A stretch of DNA of 28,465 nucleotides, taken from positions 1 to 28,465 of the forward strand of contig CAYFVI010000086.1 of NCBI GenBank assembly GCA_964346525.1, read 5' to 3'. The first letter of the stretch is position 1, and each line of letters opens with the position of its first letter. Origin of the DNA: an uncultured Dehalococcoidaceae bacterium. Its GTDB lineage: Bacteria > Chloroflexota > Dehalococcoidia > Dehalococcoidales > RBG-16-60-22. Positions 15,738 to 23,594 of the stretch are shown here, one piece after another. Both the position numbers and the translations under genes were made by a program. The notes beneath the pieces are model-generated. The model made no database searches, was not told the origin of the DNA, and saw nothing but the letters and a program-made list of their open reading frames with translations.

Positions 15738-18700
15738 TTATTTGTCTGCTGGCCCAGTCTCGGGTGAGGCCATTTCCCCAATATCCCTGCCAACCGGAGC
15801 TGTCGCAGTGCTCTGGATGGCACGATTGAAGATTTCAACCAGATTCGGGTCAAATTGAATACCGGCACCCCGTTTCAATTCCTCAAGCGCCTCGGCAATG
15901 TTCATGGCCTCGGAATAACTCCGCACTGAGGTCATGGCGGTAAAAGCATCAGCTATCGCCAGAATGCGAGCTTCCAGAGGTATCTCCTCACCCTTCAGGC
16001 CAACAGGATAGCCGGTTCCATCATATCTCTCATGGTGGTGCAGAATGCCGGGCAGGCACGGGGCCAGTTCCGGGGCACGGCTGGCTATGTTCACTCCCAC
16101 CTGAGGATGTGTTTTTATTATTTCCCACTCGGCAGCCGTCAGCGGAGTTCGTTTATTTAATATCTCTTCGCTGATACTTATCTTGCCGATGTCATGAAGC
16201 AAAGCGCTGGTCTCAAGTTTGCTGATTGCCTCTGGCTCCAGGTCAGCGGCTGTGGCCAGAAACGTGGCATACTCCTTCACTTTTTTCCAGTGGCCGTTGG
16301 AGTAATGTTCCTTGGCGTCGACGGCTTCCGCTATGGTAAATATGCCGCTCAGCGTGTCGCTGTCCGTGTTATCTCTTAAACTGGGCGGCGCGTCTTTCAG
16401 TTCCAGCAAAGTTCCCGAAGCACAGTAGCTGCGGTTACCACCTTCGCGCTTGGCGCGGTAAAGCGCGGTATCGGCAGCGGCCACTATTTCATCCGCATCA
16501 ACGCCGTCTGCCGGCCAGTTTGCCAGGCCAATGCTGGCCGATACCGCAATATGTCCGGTCTTTGCCCGGGCGGCAATCTGACGGCGGATGCGGTCTGCCA
16601 CCTGTGTGGCGGAATCAATCGGAGTACTCGGTAAGAGAACAGCAAACTCGTCGCCACCGTAACGAAAGGCCTGGTCAGTGCTCCGTATGGTACTTTTCAG
16701 GATGCTGCCGATTTTCTTGAGCAGTTTATCTCCCGCCGGGTGTCCGTAGTTATCATTAAAGGCTTTAAATCCGTCGAGGTCAAGAATGATAAGCGAGAAG
16801 ACGCCTCCGTATCGCTGGTGTCGGTTGATTTCCGTAGTCATCTCCTCATCAAGGGAGCGACGATTCAGCAAGGCGGTGAGTTCATCAATCCGCGCCTTTT
16901 CTTCCGCTTCAGCGTACAGGCGCGAGTTTTCAATGGACATGGCAATCTGGGCAGCAAGCTGTTCGAGCAGCATCATATGTCTCTGTGAGTAGGCATTCGG
17001 ATTGACGGTGGCGACAACGAAACTGCCGATGACTGCCCCTTTGGCGATGAGTGGAAGGTAGGCGATGGTACGCACTCCTTGCTTAAGGTGATATTTGGCG
17101 GTGATGAACTGACCTTCCTGGGACAGGTCAGATTCCAGCAGCGACTTATTATTCAGGGCGACCCATTCCGTGCCCGTGCCCCTCATTGGAATTTGCTCCC
17201 CAGCTTTCCAGACCGAACCTATCTCGGAATACAGCGCCAGGATATTGAGATGGTTGTTTTCAAGGAGATTGATTGATGCCCAGTTAGTATCAACCACTTT
17301 TTTGAGTTCGGCAATGAAGCTGTCATATGTCTCCCGTATATTCATATTTGAGGTGATAATGGCACTGCAATTGTTTATCACGGATAGCTCTACTTCGCGC
17401 TCCCTGAGCTGCTCACGGAGGTATTCTTTCTCTAGGCTTACCGCCACTTGGTCAGTTACTTCCTCCAGCAAATGGAGGTCTTCCAGGGAGTAGCGACCGG
17501 TCCCCTTTTTATCCAGTACCAGGATACCTATGAGTCGTTCGCGGCTTATCAACGGCACAAAGAGTTCTATCTCCTGAGAATCGATCTCCTCCCTTTCCTC
17601 CTGCCATAGTCCCCTGAATTCAGGCAGAATGGTCAGGTTCTCCCTGGTCAGCAACTTGCGCTCTCGCTGCAGGTACCCTACGATGAGGCTCTTGCCACTC
17701 AATCTGAATTGATACATGGAATCGTCTTTTCCTTTTGGCTCAACAAAACGGGTGGTAAAATCCTCTCCATCTACGTCCAGGAAAAGGAGACGGGCGCGCC
17801 GGCAACCAACCGCTTTGGTGACCAGCGACAGAATCTCACCGCCCTGCTCTTTCAGGCTGAAGACATTGTGTATCTTGCTGGCAAATTCAGAGAGCCGCTG
17901 GCGGTAATTATAGCTTTGTCCCTGCAAGGCCTTGCCGATAGTGATAAACAGATAGTTGCGCAATTTAAAAATCAATATAGCGACAAAAACAGCCAGCACA
18001 GTAGCTATGACGGTGGCAGTGGGGTTAAACTTGAAGCCGAACACGCTATTGAGGATGACGAACAACAGCCCGTAGCAGAAGACACCGATGACTGCCAGGC
18101 TTACCCATCCCAGACTGCGCCGGAGCACGATTCTGATATCCACCAGTTGGTGCCTGATAACGGCATTGCTGAGGATAAAGGCCATGACAATGCTGCCAAA
18201 GTGAGTTATGGCAAACTCCCTTCCCCAAGGAAGGAGGGCAAGTAAAGTGAAGAATATAAAAACAAATAATCCAAGCATCAGGGAATAGATTTGATTGCGC
18301 AGCACCGGATTATCTAAAATCTTCAACATTCTCCCGAAAACGAAGGTCGCTCTGGCTGCTAGGGCCAGAAGAGGGAAAGCCAGAAAGATGGTTCCTCTTC
18401 CATAGTCAAGATGAAGCTTGTCGCCGTTGACCATGGTAACCCCCTCGGCGACATAGCCCATCACTACCAGTACGCTGACTATTATCAGCGAAGTGTAGGC
18501 GAGGTATAACCATCGCCCCTGGCCAGAAGCATAGAAAGAAGAGATAAAGACGTAGAATTGAACTGCCGTCCAGGTATAAGTAATAAGAACGAGCTCAAGA
18601 AAAGCGCGGTTATACTGCGGGAAGAAATTGCTGCGCAGGAAGATATCGGTGGTGCTCCAGCTCATGGCGGCGACAAGGAATAAGATGAACAGTTTATGAC

Positions 18701-18791
18701 GCTTTTGCCAGGGACGGCTGCCCACTGTGGTTATAAACAGCGGGATATATGCGATTACCGCGCTTAACGGGAATAAGGCGTAAATATTCAT
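15738..18791 (-). CDS. membrane-bound diguanylate cyclase / HD-GYP phosphodiesterase hybrid (7TM-type N-terminus, GAF, GAF, GGDEF, HD-GYP)
   Basis: Multiple N-terminal TMs; GAF ends LLEEVTDQVAVSLE and LLEQLAAQIAMSIENSRLY; DELTALLNRR, DLDGFKAFNDNYGHPAGD, RSTD (I-site) ...RYGGDEF; LLHDIGK, HHHERYDGTGYP, EIPLEARILAIADAF. Confidence 0.92.
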   Translation of the reverse strand: MNIYALFPLSAVIAYIPLFITTVGSRPWQKRHKLFILFLVAAMSWSTTDIFLRSNFFPQYNRAFLELVLITYTWTAVQFYVFISSFYASGQGRWLYLAYTSLIIVSVLVVMGYVAEGVTMVNGDKLHLDYGRGTIFLAFPLLALAARATFVFGRMLKILDNPVLRNQIYSLMLGLFVFIFFTLLALLPWGREFAITHFGSIVMAFILSNAVIRHQLVDIRIVLRRSLGWVSLAVIGVFCYGLLFVILNSVFGFKFNPTATVIATVLAVFVAILIFKLRNYLFITIGKALQGQSYNYRQRLSEFASKIHNVFSLKEQGGEILSLVTKAVGCRRARLLFLDVDGEDFTTRFVEPKGKDDSMYQFRLSGKSLIVGYLQRERKLLTRENLTILPEFRGLWQEEREEIDSQEIELFVPLISRERLIGILVLDKKGTGRYSLEDLHLLEEVTDQVAVSLEKEYLREQLREREVELSVINNCSAIITSNMNIRETYDSFIAELKKVVDTNWASINLLENNHLNILALYSEIGSVWKAGEQIPMRGTGTEWVALNNKSLLESDLSQEGQFITAKYHLKQGVRTIAYLPLIAKGAVIGSFVVATVNPNAYSQRHMMLLEQLAAQIAMSIENSRLYAEAEEKARIDELTALLNRRSLDEEMTTEINRHQRYGGVFSLIILDLDGFKAFNDNYGHPAGDKLLKKIGSILKSTIRSTDQAFRYGGDEFAVLLPSTPIDSATQVADRIRRQIAARAKTGHIAVSASIGLANWPADGVDADEIVAAADTALYRAKREGGNRSYCASGTLLELKDAPPSLRDNTDSDTLSGIFTIAEAVDAKEHYSNGHWKKVKEYATFLATAADLEPEAISKLETSALLHDIGKISISEEILNKRTPLTAAEWEIIKTHPQVGVNIASRAPELAPCLPGILHHHERYDGTGYPVGLKGEEIPLEARILAIADAFTAMTSVRSYSEAMNIAEALEELKRGAGIQFDPNLVEIFNRAIQSTATAPVGRDIGEMASPETGPADK

Positions 18792-18793
18792 TA

Positions 18794-18829
18794 TGAGGTA
18801 ATTATTACCTCAATCAGTATTACTGTCAA
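18794..18829 (-). promoter_or_regulatory. promoter (TTGACA-N17-AATAAT) overlapped by the perfect palindrome TGAGGTAAT-T-ATTACCTCA (18794-18812)
   Basis: -35 at 18829-18824, -10 at 18806-18801; 9-bp arms end 2 nt from the ATG; no Shine-Dalgarno visible. Confidence 0.55.
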
Positions 18830-18872
18830 GCAAAACTAAAGTCGTTTGACCAAAGTGAGGTGGACTAAAGTA

Positions 18873-20540
18873 CTAACGGATCGCTGCTGTCTCGCTGGTG
18901 GTCTCAGAGCTAACTCTGACCACCTCTGCTGGTTTCTCTGCCAGCAGTTCGAGCACTCTCTGGGAAGGGTTTATGTGTGGCGGCTTGAGGTGTGCCAGGT
19001 CGGCTCCTTCTGCCCGCCGTTGCTCGGTGAAGTGGGCGAAGGCTCCGGGCGACAGTGTATTCACCTCAACCTTGAAGTCAATCATCGCGGCAAATTCATC
19101 ACGGTAGAGTGCCGCGGTATCTTTACTCTGGCTGTCCGACCTCAATATCTGCTCCCTTACGGCGTCAGCAATTCCTGCTTCGCTGCCCTGGTAGCCGTTT
19201 TTCAACTCGATATAGAGGCTGAGCACCGGCTGTCCCTCCTTCTTGAAGGCGGTCCAGTCTTCATAGGCGATGCCCGTGTTCTCAATTGCCTGCCAGATTG
19301 TTTTCTCGGTCAGCCGGACAAATACGAAATCGAGCAGGTCATCGGCGCGCCGTTCAAAGGTCATCTGCGGAATGTCAATGCCCAGCCGCTCATTGCGCAG
19401 TGAGGTGATGCGAATCATGTCTCCGGGACGATATCTGACCAGCGGCCCGCCGTGGAAGTTGGAAATTACCATTTCGTAATACTGGCCGGCTTCCACTTCA
19501 TCCAGCAGAACCGTCTTTGGCTGATAGGCAGGGTCGAGGCGCCACTTGAAGTGTTCCTTTTCCGTGATAAACTCCAAGAAGTTGAGGCTGGGAATGAAGG
19601 TCATGCCCTCGAAGTCCCAGGCCTGCGTGGCGATGATACCGCTTTCGGTGCCGGAGTAGATATCCAGCGGGTATTTGCCCCAGAGCGCCTTGATTTTCTC
19701 ACGGTAAATGCCGCTATCAAGGCCGCTGCTCATGATGCCCTTCACCGACCAGATATCCCTGGGCAGCATCGGCCGTCGTGCCAGTTTGCTCTTGGTCATG
19801 CCCTTGGCCAGGCGGAACAGCGCCCCGGGATGGGTGAGCAGGGGGCGGATATCAACTTTATCGCCGGACTGGCTGAACTTGTTGCCCACCACCGCCAGAA
19901 CCATGGACAGCCCGAAAAAGTAATCGAGCCCCTGGGACAGGGCCTGTTTGAAACCGAGCTTGATTCTATCTTCAAAAGTAAGTTCCTCGGCTTCTTCCAG
20001 CGGGGGCAGGTACTGTATAGGTGTCTGCATGCTGATCATATCCGCCATGGTTCCGGACATGTACGGTCTGGGTGCCACGGTATAAACGATTTTGGGGCGG
20101 CTGTTGAGCTGGGAGGTGTCACCCCAGCCCTTGCAGCTGGAGAGCATCCCCACGCCATACATGATAGTGCTCAATTCCTCGGCAAAAGCCCGTGTGATTG
20201 GTACCCACTTGCATGGGTAGTCGCCGGAACGCCCTGACGTATGCACCCAGAAAGCGGGTTCGGCAGGTAACGGCGCCTCTCTTTTATCGCTGAGCTCGGG
20301 GCAGTAGTCAGCATAGGTTGTCAGGGGCACGTGCTTGCGGAATTCCTCCACCGTTTCCAGCCTGGCGCCGTTCATAATCTTTCTGCCCAGTGTGCACCCA
20401 TTGAGCAGCCCTATCTGTTCCAGGAGCAGTCTCTTCTGAATGGCCATAAACTGCTCCAGAGAAAGCTTCAGGTAGCCACAGCACATCTGCCAAAGCTCTT
20501 CGTTCCTTCCCTGCTGTAAAAGCTCTATGGCTTTCAGCAC
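18873..20540 (-). CDS. GH3-family (acyl-adenylate/amido synthetase-like) protein
   Basis: EEFRKHVPLTTYADY, motif I HTSGRSG..KWVPIT, motif II YSGTESG, F.P..NFLEF, YEMVISNFHGGPLVRYRPGD (motif III). GTG start after GGAGGTG. Confidence 0.85.
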   Translation of the reverse strand: MLKAIELLQQGRNEELWQMCCGYLKLSLEQFMAIQKRLLLEQIGLLNGCTLGRKIMNGARLETVEEFRKHVPLTTYADYCPELSDKREAPLPAEPAFWVHTSGRSGDYPCKWVPITRAFAEELSTIMYGVGMLSSCKGWGDTSQLNSRPKIVYTVAPRPYMSGTMADMISMQTPIQYLPPLEEAEELTFEDRIKLGFKQALSQGLDYFFGLSMVLAVVGNKFSQSGDKVDIRPLLTHPGALFRLAKGMTKSKLARRPMLPRDIWSVKGIMSSGLDSGIYREKIKALWGKYPLDIYSGTESGIIATQAWDFEGMTFIPSLNFLEFITEKEHFKWRLDPAYQPKTVLLDEVEAGQYYEMVISNFHGGPLVRYRPGDMIRITSLRNERLGIDIPQMTFERRADDLLDFVFVRLTEKTIWQAIENTGIAYEDWTAFKKEGQPVLSLYIELKNGYQGSEAGIADAVREQILRSDSQSKDTAALYRDEFAAMIDFKVEVNTLSPGAFAHFTEQRRAEGADLAHLKPPHINPSQRVLELLAEKPAEVVRVSSETTSETAAIR

Positions 20541-20689
20541 AAGTCACCTCCCAAGCCAACTTGGCTACAAGTTGACTATGACACGTATAAATGAGACTGG
20601 GAAGTGATTGTGTTCTAGAATATAGTTCTATTTAATCGTGGAAGGAATTAGATGAGGACAGTGACTTAGATAGCATAGAGGAGGGATGG

Positions 20690-21019
20690 TTAGGCGCTTT
20701 TACCCTTGTTGCCGGAGCCGCCAAGCGTCTGCAGTTTCTGGCTAAGCTCCTGAAAGGTTTTGTCCTGGGGCTGTTTGCCCAGTTCTAGTCCGTAACTGAG
20801 GAAAAATTCCAGGAAATTGCGCAGCAGTTCCTTCATGCCGGCAGCAAACTGGTTGAATTCCTCTTTGTCAACATAAGCATTGCTGGTAGCGGGTTCTTTC
20901 AATCGGCTATCAATCAGGAAGTCCAGGAATTCCGAGTAGCTCATATCGCCGCGGTTTTCGTCAATCCTCCTGGCGATGTCGGCATCAATAATAAGCATCC
21001 TTTTATCTGCCACGCTCAT
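20690..21019 (-). CDS. hypothetical protein, N-terminal ribbon-helix-helix-like segment
   Basis: MLIIDADIARRIDENRGDMSYSEFLDFLIDSRL fits the RHH strand-helix-G.S.SE-helix pattern; AAGGAG RBS. Confidence 0.6.
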   Translation of the reverse strand: MSVADKRMLIIDADIARRIDENRGDMSYSEFLDFLIDSRLKEPATSNAYVDKEEFNQFAAGMKELLRNFLEFFLSYGLELGKQPQDKTFQELSQKLQTLGGSGNKGKSA

Positions 21020-21043
21020 CTCCTTACTTCTATATTTATATTT

Positions 21044-21085
21044 AAAAAGTGACCTGAAGACCTATCTGTCCTCAGGTCACTTTTT
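21044..21085. terminator. intrinsic terminator (bidirectional-type) downstream of the wHTH gene
   Basis: 14-bp arms AAAAAGTGACCTGA (21044-21057) / TCAGGTCACTTTTT (21072-21085). Confidence 0.8.
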
Positions 21086-21102
21086 CAAGCGTTACACGAA
21101 GG

Positions 21103-21384
21103 TTACAAGCTGTAATTTTCATCCAGCCCGAGCATTTCCTTGATGTTGTTAATTAGCTGCAGTAGTTTCAGGCCGCTTTCCGTTATCTGGTAGGTCACGG
21201 AGGGATTGCCCAACTTCATCTGGTCGATATAGCCGTTGCCCACAAGATAACCCAGATACTTCTGTATCTGGCTATAGCTCATATTGGCGCTGTACATGAT
21301 TTCCGTCTTGCCCGCGCCATTCTCGCCCACTTTGAGCATATCGGCAATGATTTCAATGTCAGAGCGCCGCCGATTTACCCTCAC
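21103..21384 (-). CDS. small winged helix-turn-helix transcriptional regulator (archaeal COG3432/HTH_45-like)
   Basis: RRRSDIEIIADML...KTEIMYSANMSYSQIQKYLGYLVGNGYI...YQITESGLKLL matches the family pattern as recalled. GTG start after GGGAGG. Confidence 0.8.
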   Translation of the reverse strand: MRVNRRRSDIEIIADMLKVGENGAGKTEIMYSANMSYSQIQKYLGYLVGNGYIDQMKLGNPSVTYQITESGLKLLQLINNIKEMLGLDENYSL

Positions 21385-21416
21385 GGAATCCTCCCCTGCT
21401 TTATATAGGTATGACC

Positions 21417-21445
21417 ATTGTACTAATCCTTTGGCTATTTGTCAA
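21417..21445 (-). promoter_or_regulatory. sigma70-type promoter of the wHTH gene (TTGACA-N17-TACAAT)
   Basis: Near-perfect consensus with 17-nt spacer. Confidence 0.7.
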
Positions 21446-21552
21446 TAGTCGCGGGGAAAAAAGGACGTTGCGCAACTCAAATCACACTCAATGAATACAA
21501 CAAAATTAAGTAGAAAATGCGGGTGTATTGCTGTCGGTAAAGCCAAAAAAGA

Positions 21553-22362
21553 TTAAAGAGAAAACATTCCCAGGTACCAGTTGAGGATATCGTTTCCCCA
21601 GAGCAGGGTTAGCAGGGCGGCTATGGCCAGGAAAGAGCCGAAGGGGAGGGGCTCTTGCCTGTTCTTCAGCTTCAATGACAGCAGGACTATGCCCACCAGG
21701 CCGCCGAGAATTGCCCCCAGTGTCAGCGAAAGAAGCACCAGCCTGGGGCCAGTTGCCAGCCCGATCAGCGCCATCAGTTTCACATCGCCAAACCCGATTG
21801 CCTCACGCTTATAGATGGCCAGGGTTATGAAGTAGGCTAGCAGAAGGAAGATAAAGCCCAGAGCTCCCCCCATCAGCCCGCTGACAAGGCCCGGCCACGG
21901 CCAGTCCAGATTCAGCTCAATCAGTCCCGGCGGGGGTTTAAAGACGGAAATGACCAGCGCCACCGCCATTGCCGGATAGGTGATTTTATTCAGTATAAGC
22001 TGGTGTTCCAGGTCAATGATGCCGATGACCAGAAACAGGCTGCCGTAGAAAGCAATAATTACGAACTGGACGCTCAATCCAAAATACCAGTAGCTCAGGG
22101 CAAAGAGCAATCCCGTGCCCAGTTCCACCCAGAAGGGTCTCTGAGGAATGGACGCCCCGCAATAGCGACAGCGGCGGCACAGCCATAAGTAGCTGAAGAG
22201 TGGCACCAGGTCTCCGGGTGACAGCCGGTGCTGGCAGGAATCACAGTGTGACGGCGGGCGCAGTATCGACTTGCCTGCGGGCAGGCGGTCGATGCATACA
22301 TTTAAGAAACTGCCAACAGCCGTGCCGAACGCGGCAAATATAATGATAAGCGCGATATCCAT
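21553..22362 (-). CDS. pilD: prepilin peptidase / N-methyltransferase
   Basis: GSFLNVCIDRLP, PPSHCDSC...CRRCRYC zinc site, IIDLEHQLI and GFGDVKL catalytic aspartates, LPFGSFL. Confidence 0.95.
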   Translation of the reverse strand: MDIALIIIFAAFGTAVGSFLNVCIDRLPAGKSILRPPSHCDSCQHRLSPGDLVPLFSYLWLCRRCRYCGASIPQRPFWVELGTGLLFALSYWYFGLSVQFVIIAFYGSLFLVIGIIDLEHQLILNKITYPAMAVALVISVFKPPPGLIELNLDWPWPGLVSGLMGGALGFIFLLLAYFITLAIYKREAIGFGDVKLMALIGLATGPRLVLLSLTLGAILGGLVGIVLLSLKLKNRQEPLPFGSFLAIAALLTLLWGNDILNWYLGMFSL

Positions 22363-22413
22363 TTCGCCGTATTTTGAGCGTTTTTTCTCCGTTCGTCAAG
22401 GTCAGCAAAAGAG

Positions 22414-22446
22414 TTGTCCCCTCCAGGGAGAGTCAGGAGGGGACAA
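22414..22446 (-). terminator. putative intrinsic terminator/attenuator between pilT and pilD
   Basis: 11-bp arms TTGTCCCCTCC / GGAGGGGACAA followed on the minus strand by CTCTTTT. Confidence 0.55.
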
Positions 22447-22519
22447 GGTGAGGAGGAGGTTAGGGCTATAAGCAAGGCCTTATGCCAGGATTGCTATTCA
22501 GCCTATGCTGCCTTTAAGG

Positions 22520-23590
22520 TCATTCTACCTCAACTGTTCCCATAAGCTTGGTCACCTCTTCGCGGTCGTTGCAGCAGGAAAACAGGCTGTCGCCGCTGAT
22601 GACGCCGCTGCGGTAGAGATTTAGCAGAGCGTGGTCGAGAAGCATCATTCCCGAACGTGTCTGCGTCATGATGGCATTGGGCAGTTGATGTATTTTACCC
22701 TCACGAATAATGTTCTTGACCGCCGGGCTGGCTATCATAACCTCAACGGCGGCTGTTCTCCCCTCACCATCAATTCTGGGGACCAGCGACTGACACAAGA
22801 TACCGAGGAGCAGGGACGCCAGCCGTGTCTGGGCAAGGTGTCGCTCATGGGTGGGGAAAAGGTCGACGATTCGCTCCACAGCCTGTGCGGCGCTGGTGGC
22901 ATGCCCGGTGGTCAGGACCAGGTGGCCGGTCTCGGCGACGATAAGTACCGCGGCCGCGGTTTCCAGGTCTCTCATCTCACCCACCAGAATGACATCAGGG
23001 TCCTGCCGCAGTATATGTTTCAGCGCATCAGCAAAGGATAAGGTGTCATTGCCCAGTTCTCGCTGGGTGATGGTACACTTTTTGTTTGAATACAGGTATT
23101 CAATCGGGTCCTCAAGGGTAATAACGCGTTTGTTTTCCATTGAGTTCAGGTAATTTATCATTGCCGCCAGCGTGGTGGATTTGCCGCTGCCGCTGGGTCC
23201 GCTGACCACCACCAGTCCCCTCGGTTTCATGATAAGGTCCTTGCATATAGTGGGCAATCCCAATTCGTCAAGCGCGGGAATGACCAGCGGTATAAGCCTG
23301 ATGGTAAGCGTTAGTGTACCACGCTGTTTGGCTGCGTTACAGCGCAGCCGCCCAACATCGGGCAGCGTGTAGCCAAAGTCAAGCTCAAGGCTGCGGTGAA
23401 AATCAGCCCTTTCTTTTTCCGAGCTAATCTGCTGGAAAGCCTCGGCAACGTCATCCTGTGTTAGGGGTGGCATATCAGCCTCTGGTCTAAGCAGGCCATT
23501 GATGCGGAAAATGGGGGCATCGCCGGTCACTAGGTGCAGGTCAGAGGCGCCCTTTTCTGCGGCTAATCGAATCAAAGCAAATATATCCAT
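22520..23590 (-). CDS. pilT: type IV pilus retraction ATPase PilT
   Basis: GASDLHL, GRLRCNA, GPSGSGKSTT, TLEDPIE, ILRQDPDVILVGEMRD, AETGHLV, AVKNIIREGK (AIRNLIRE-like). Start trimmed to MDIFALI at 23590. Confidence 0.93.
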   Translation of the reverse strand: MDIFALIRLAAEKGASDLHLVTGDAPIFRINGLLRPEADMPPLTQDDVAEAFQQISSEKERADFHRSLELDFGYTLPDVGRLRCNAAKQRGTLTLTIRLIPLVIPALDELGLPTICKDLIMKPRGLVVVSGPSGSGKSTTLAAMINYLNSMENKRVITLEDPIEYLYSNKKCTITQRELGNDTLSFADALKHILRQDPDVILVGEMRDLETAAAVLIVAETGHLVLTTGHATSAAQAVERIVDLFPTHERHLAQTRLASLLLGILCQSLVPRIDGEGRTAAVEVMIASPAVKNIIREGKIHQLPNAIMTQTRSGMMLLDHALLNLYRSGVISGDSLFSCCNDREEVTKLMGTVEVE

Positions 23591-23594
23591 GCGC

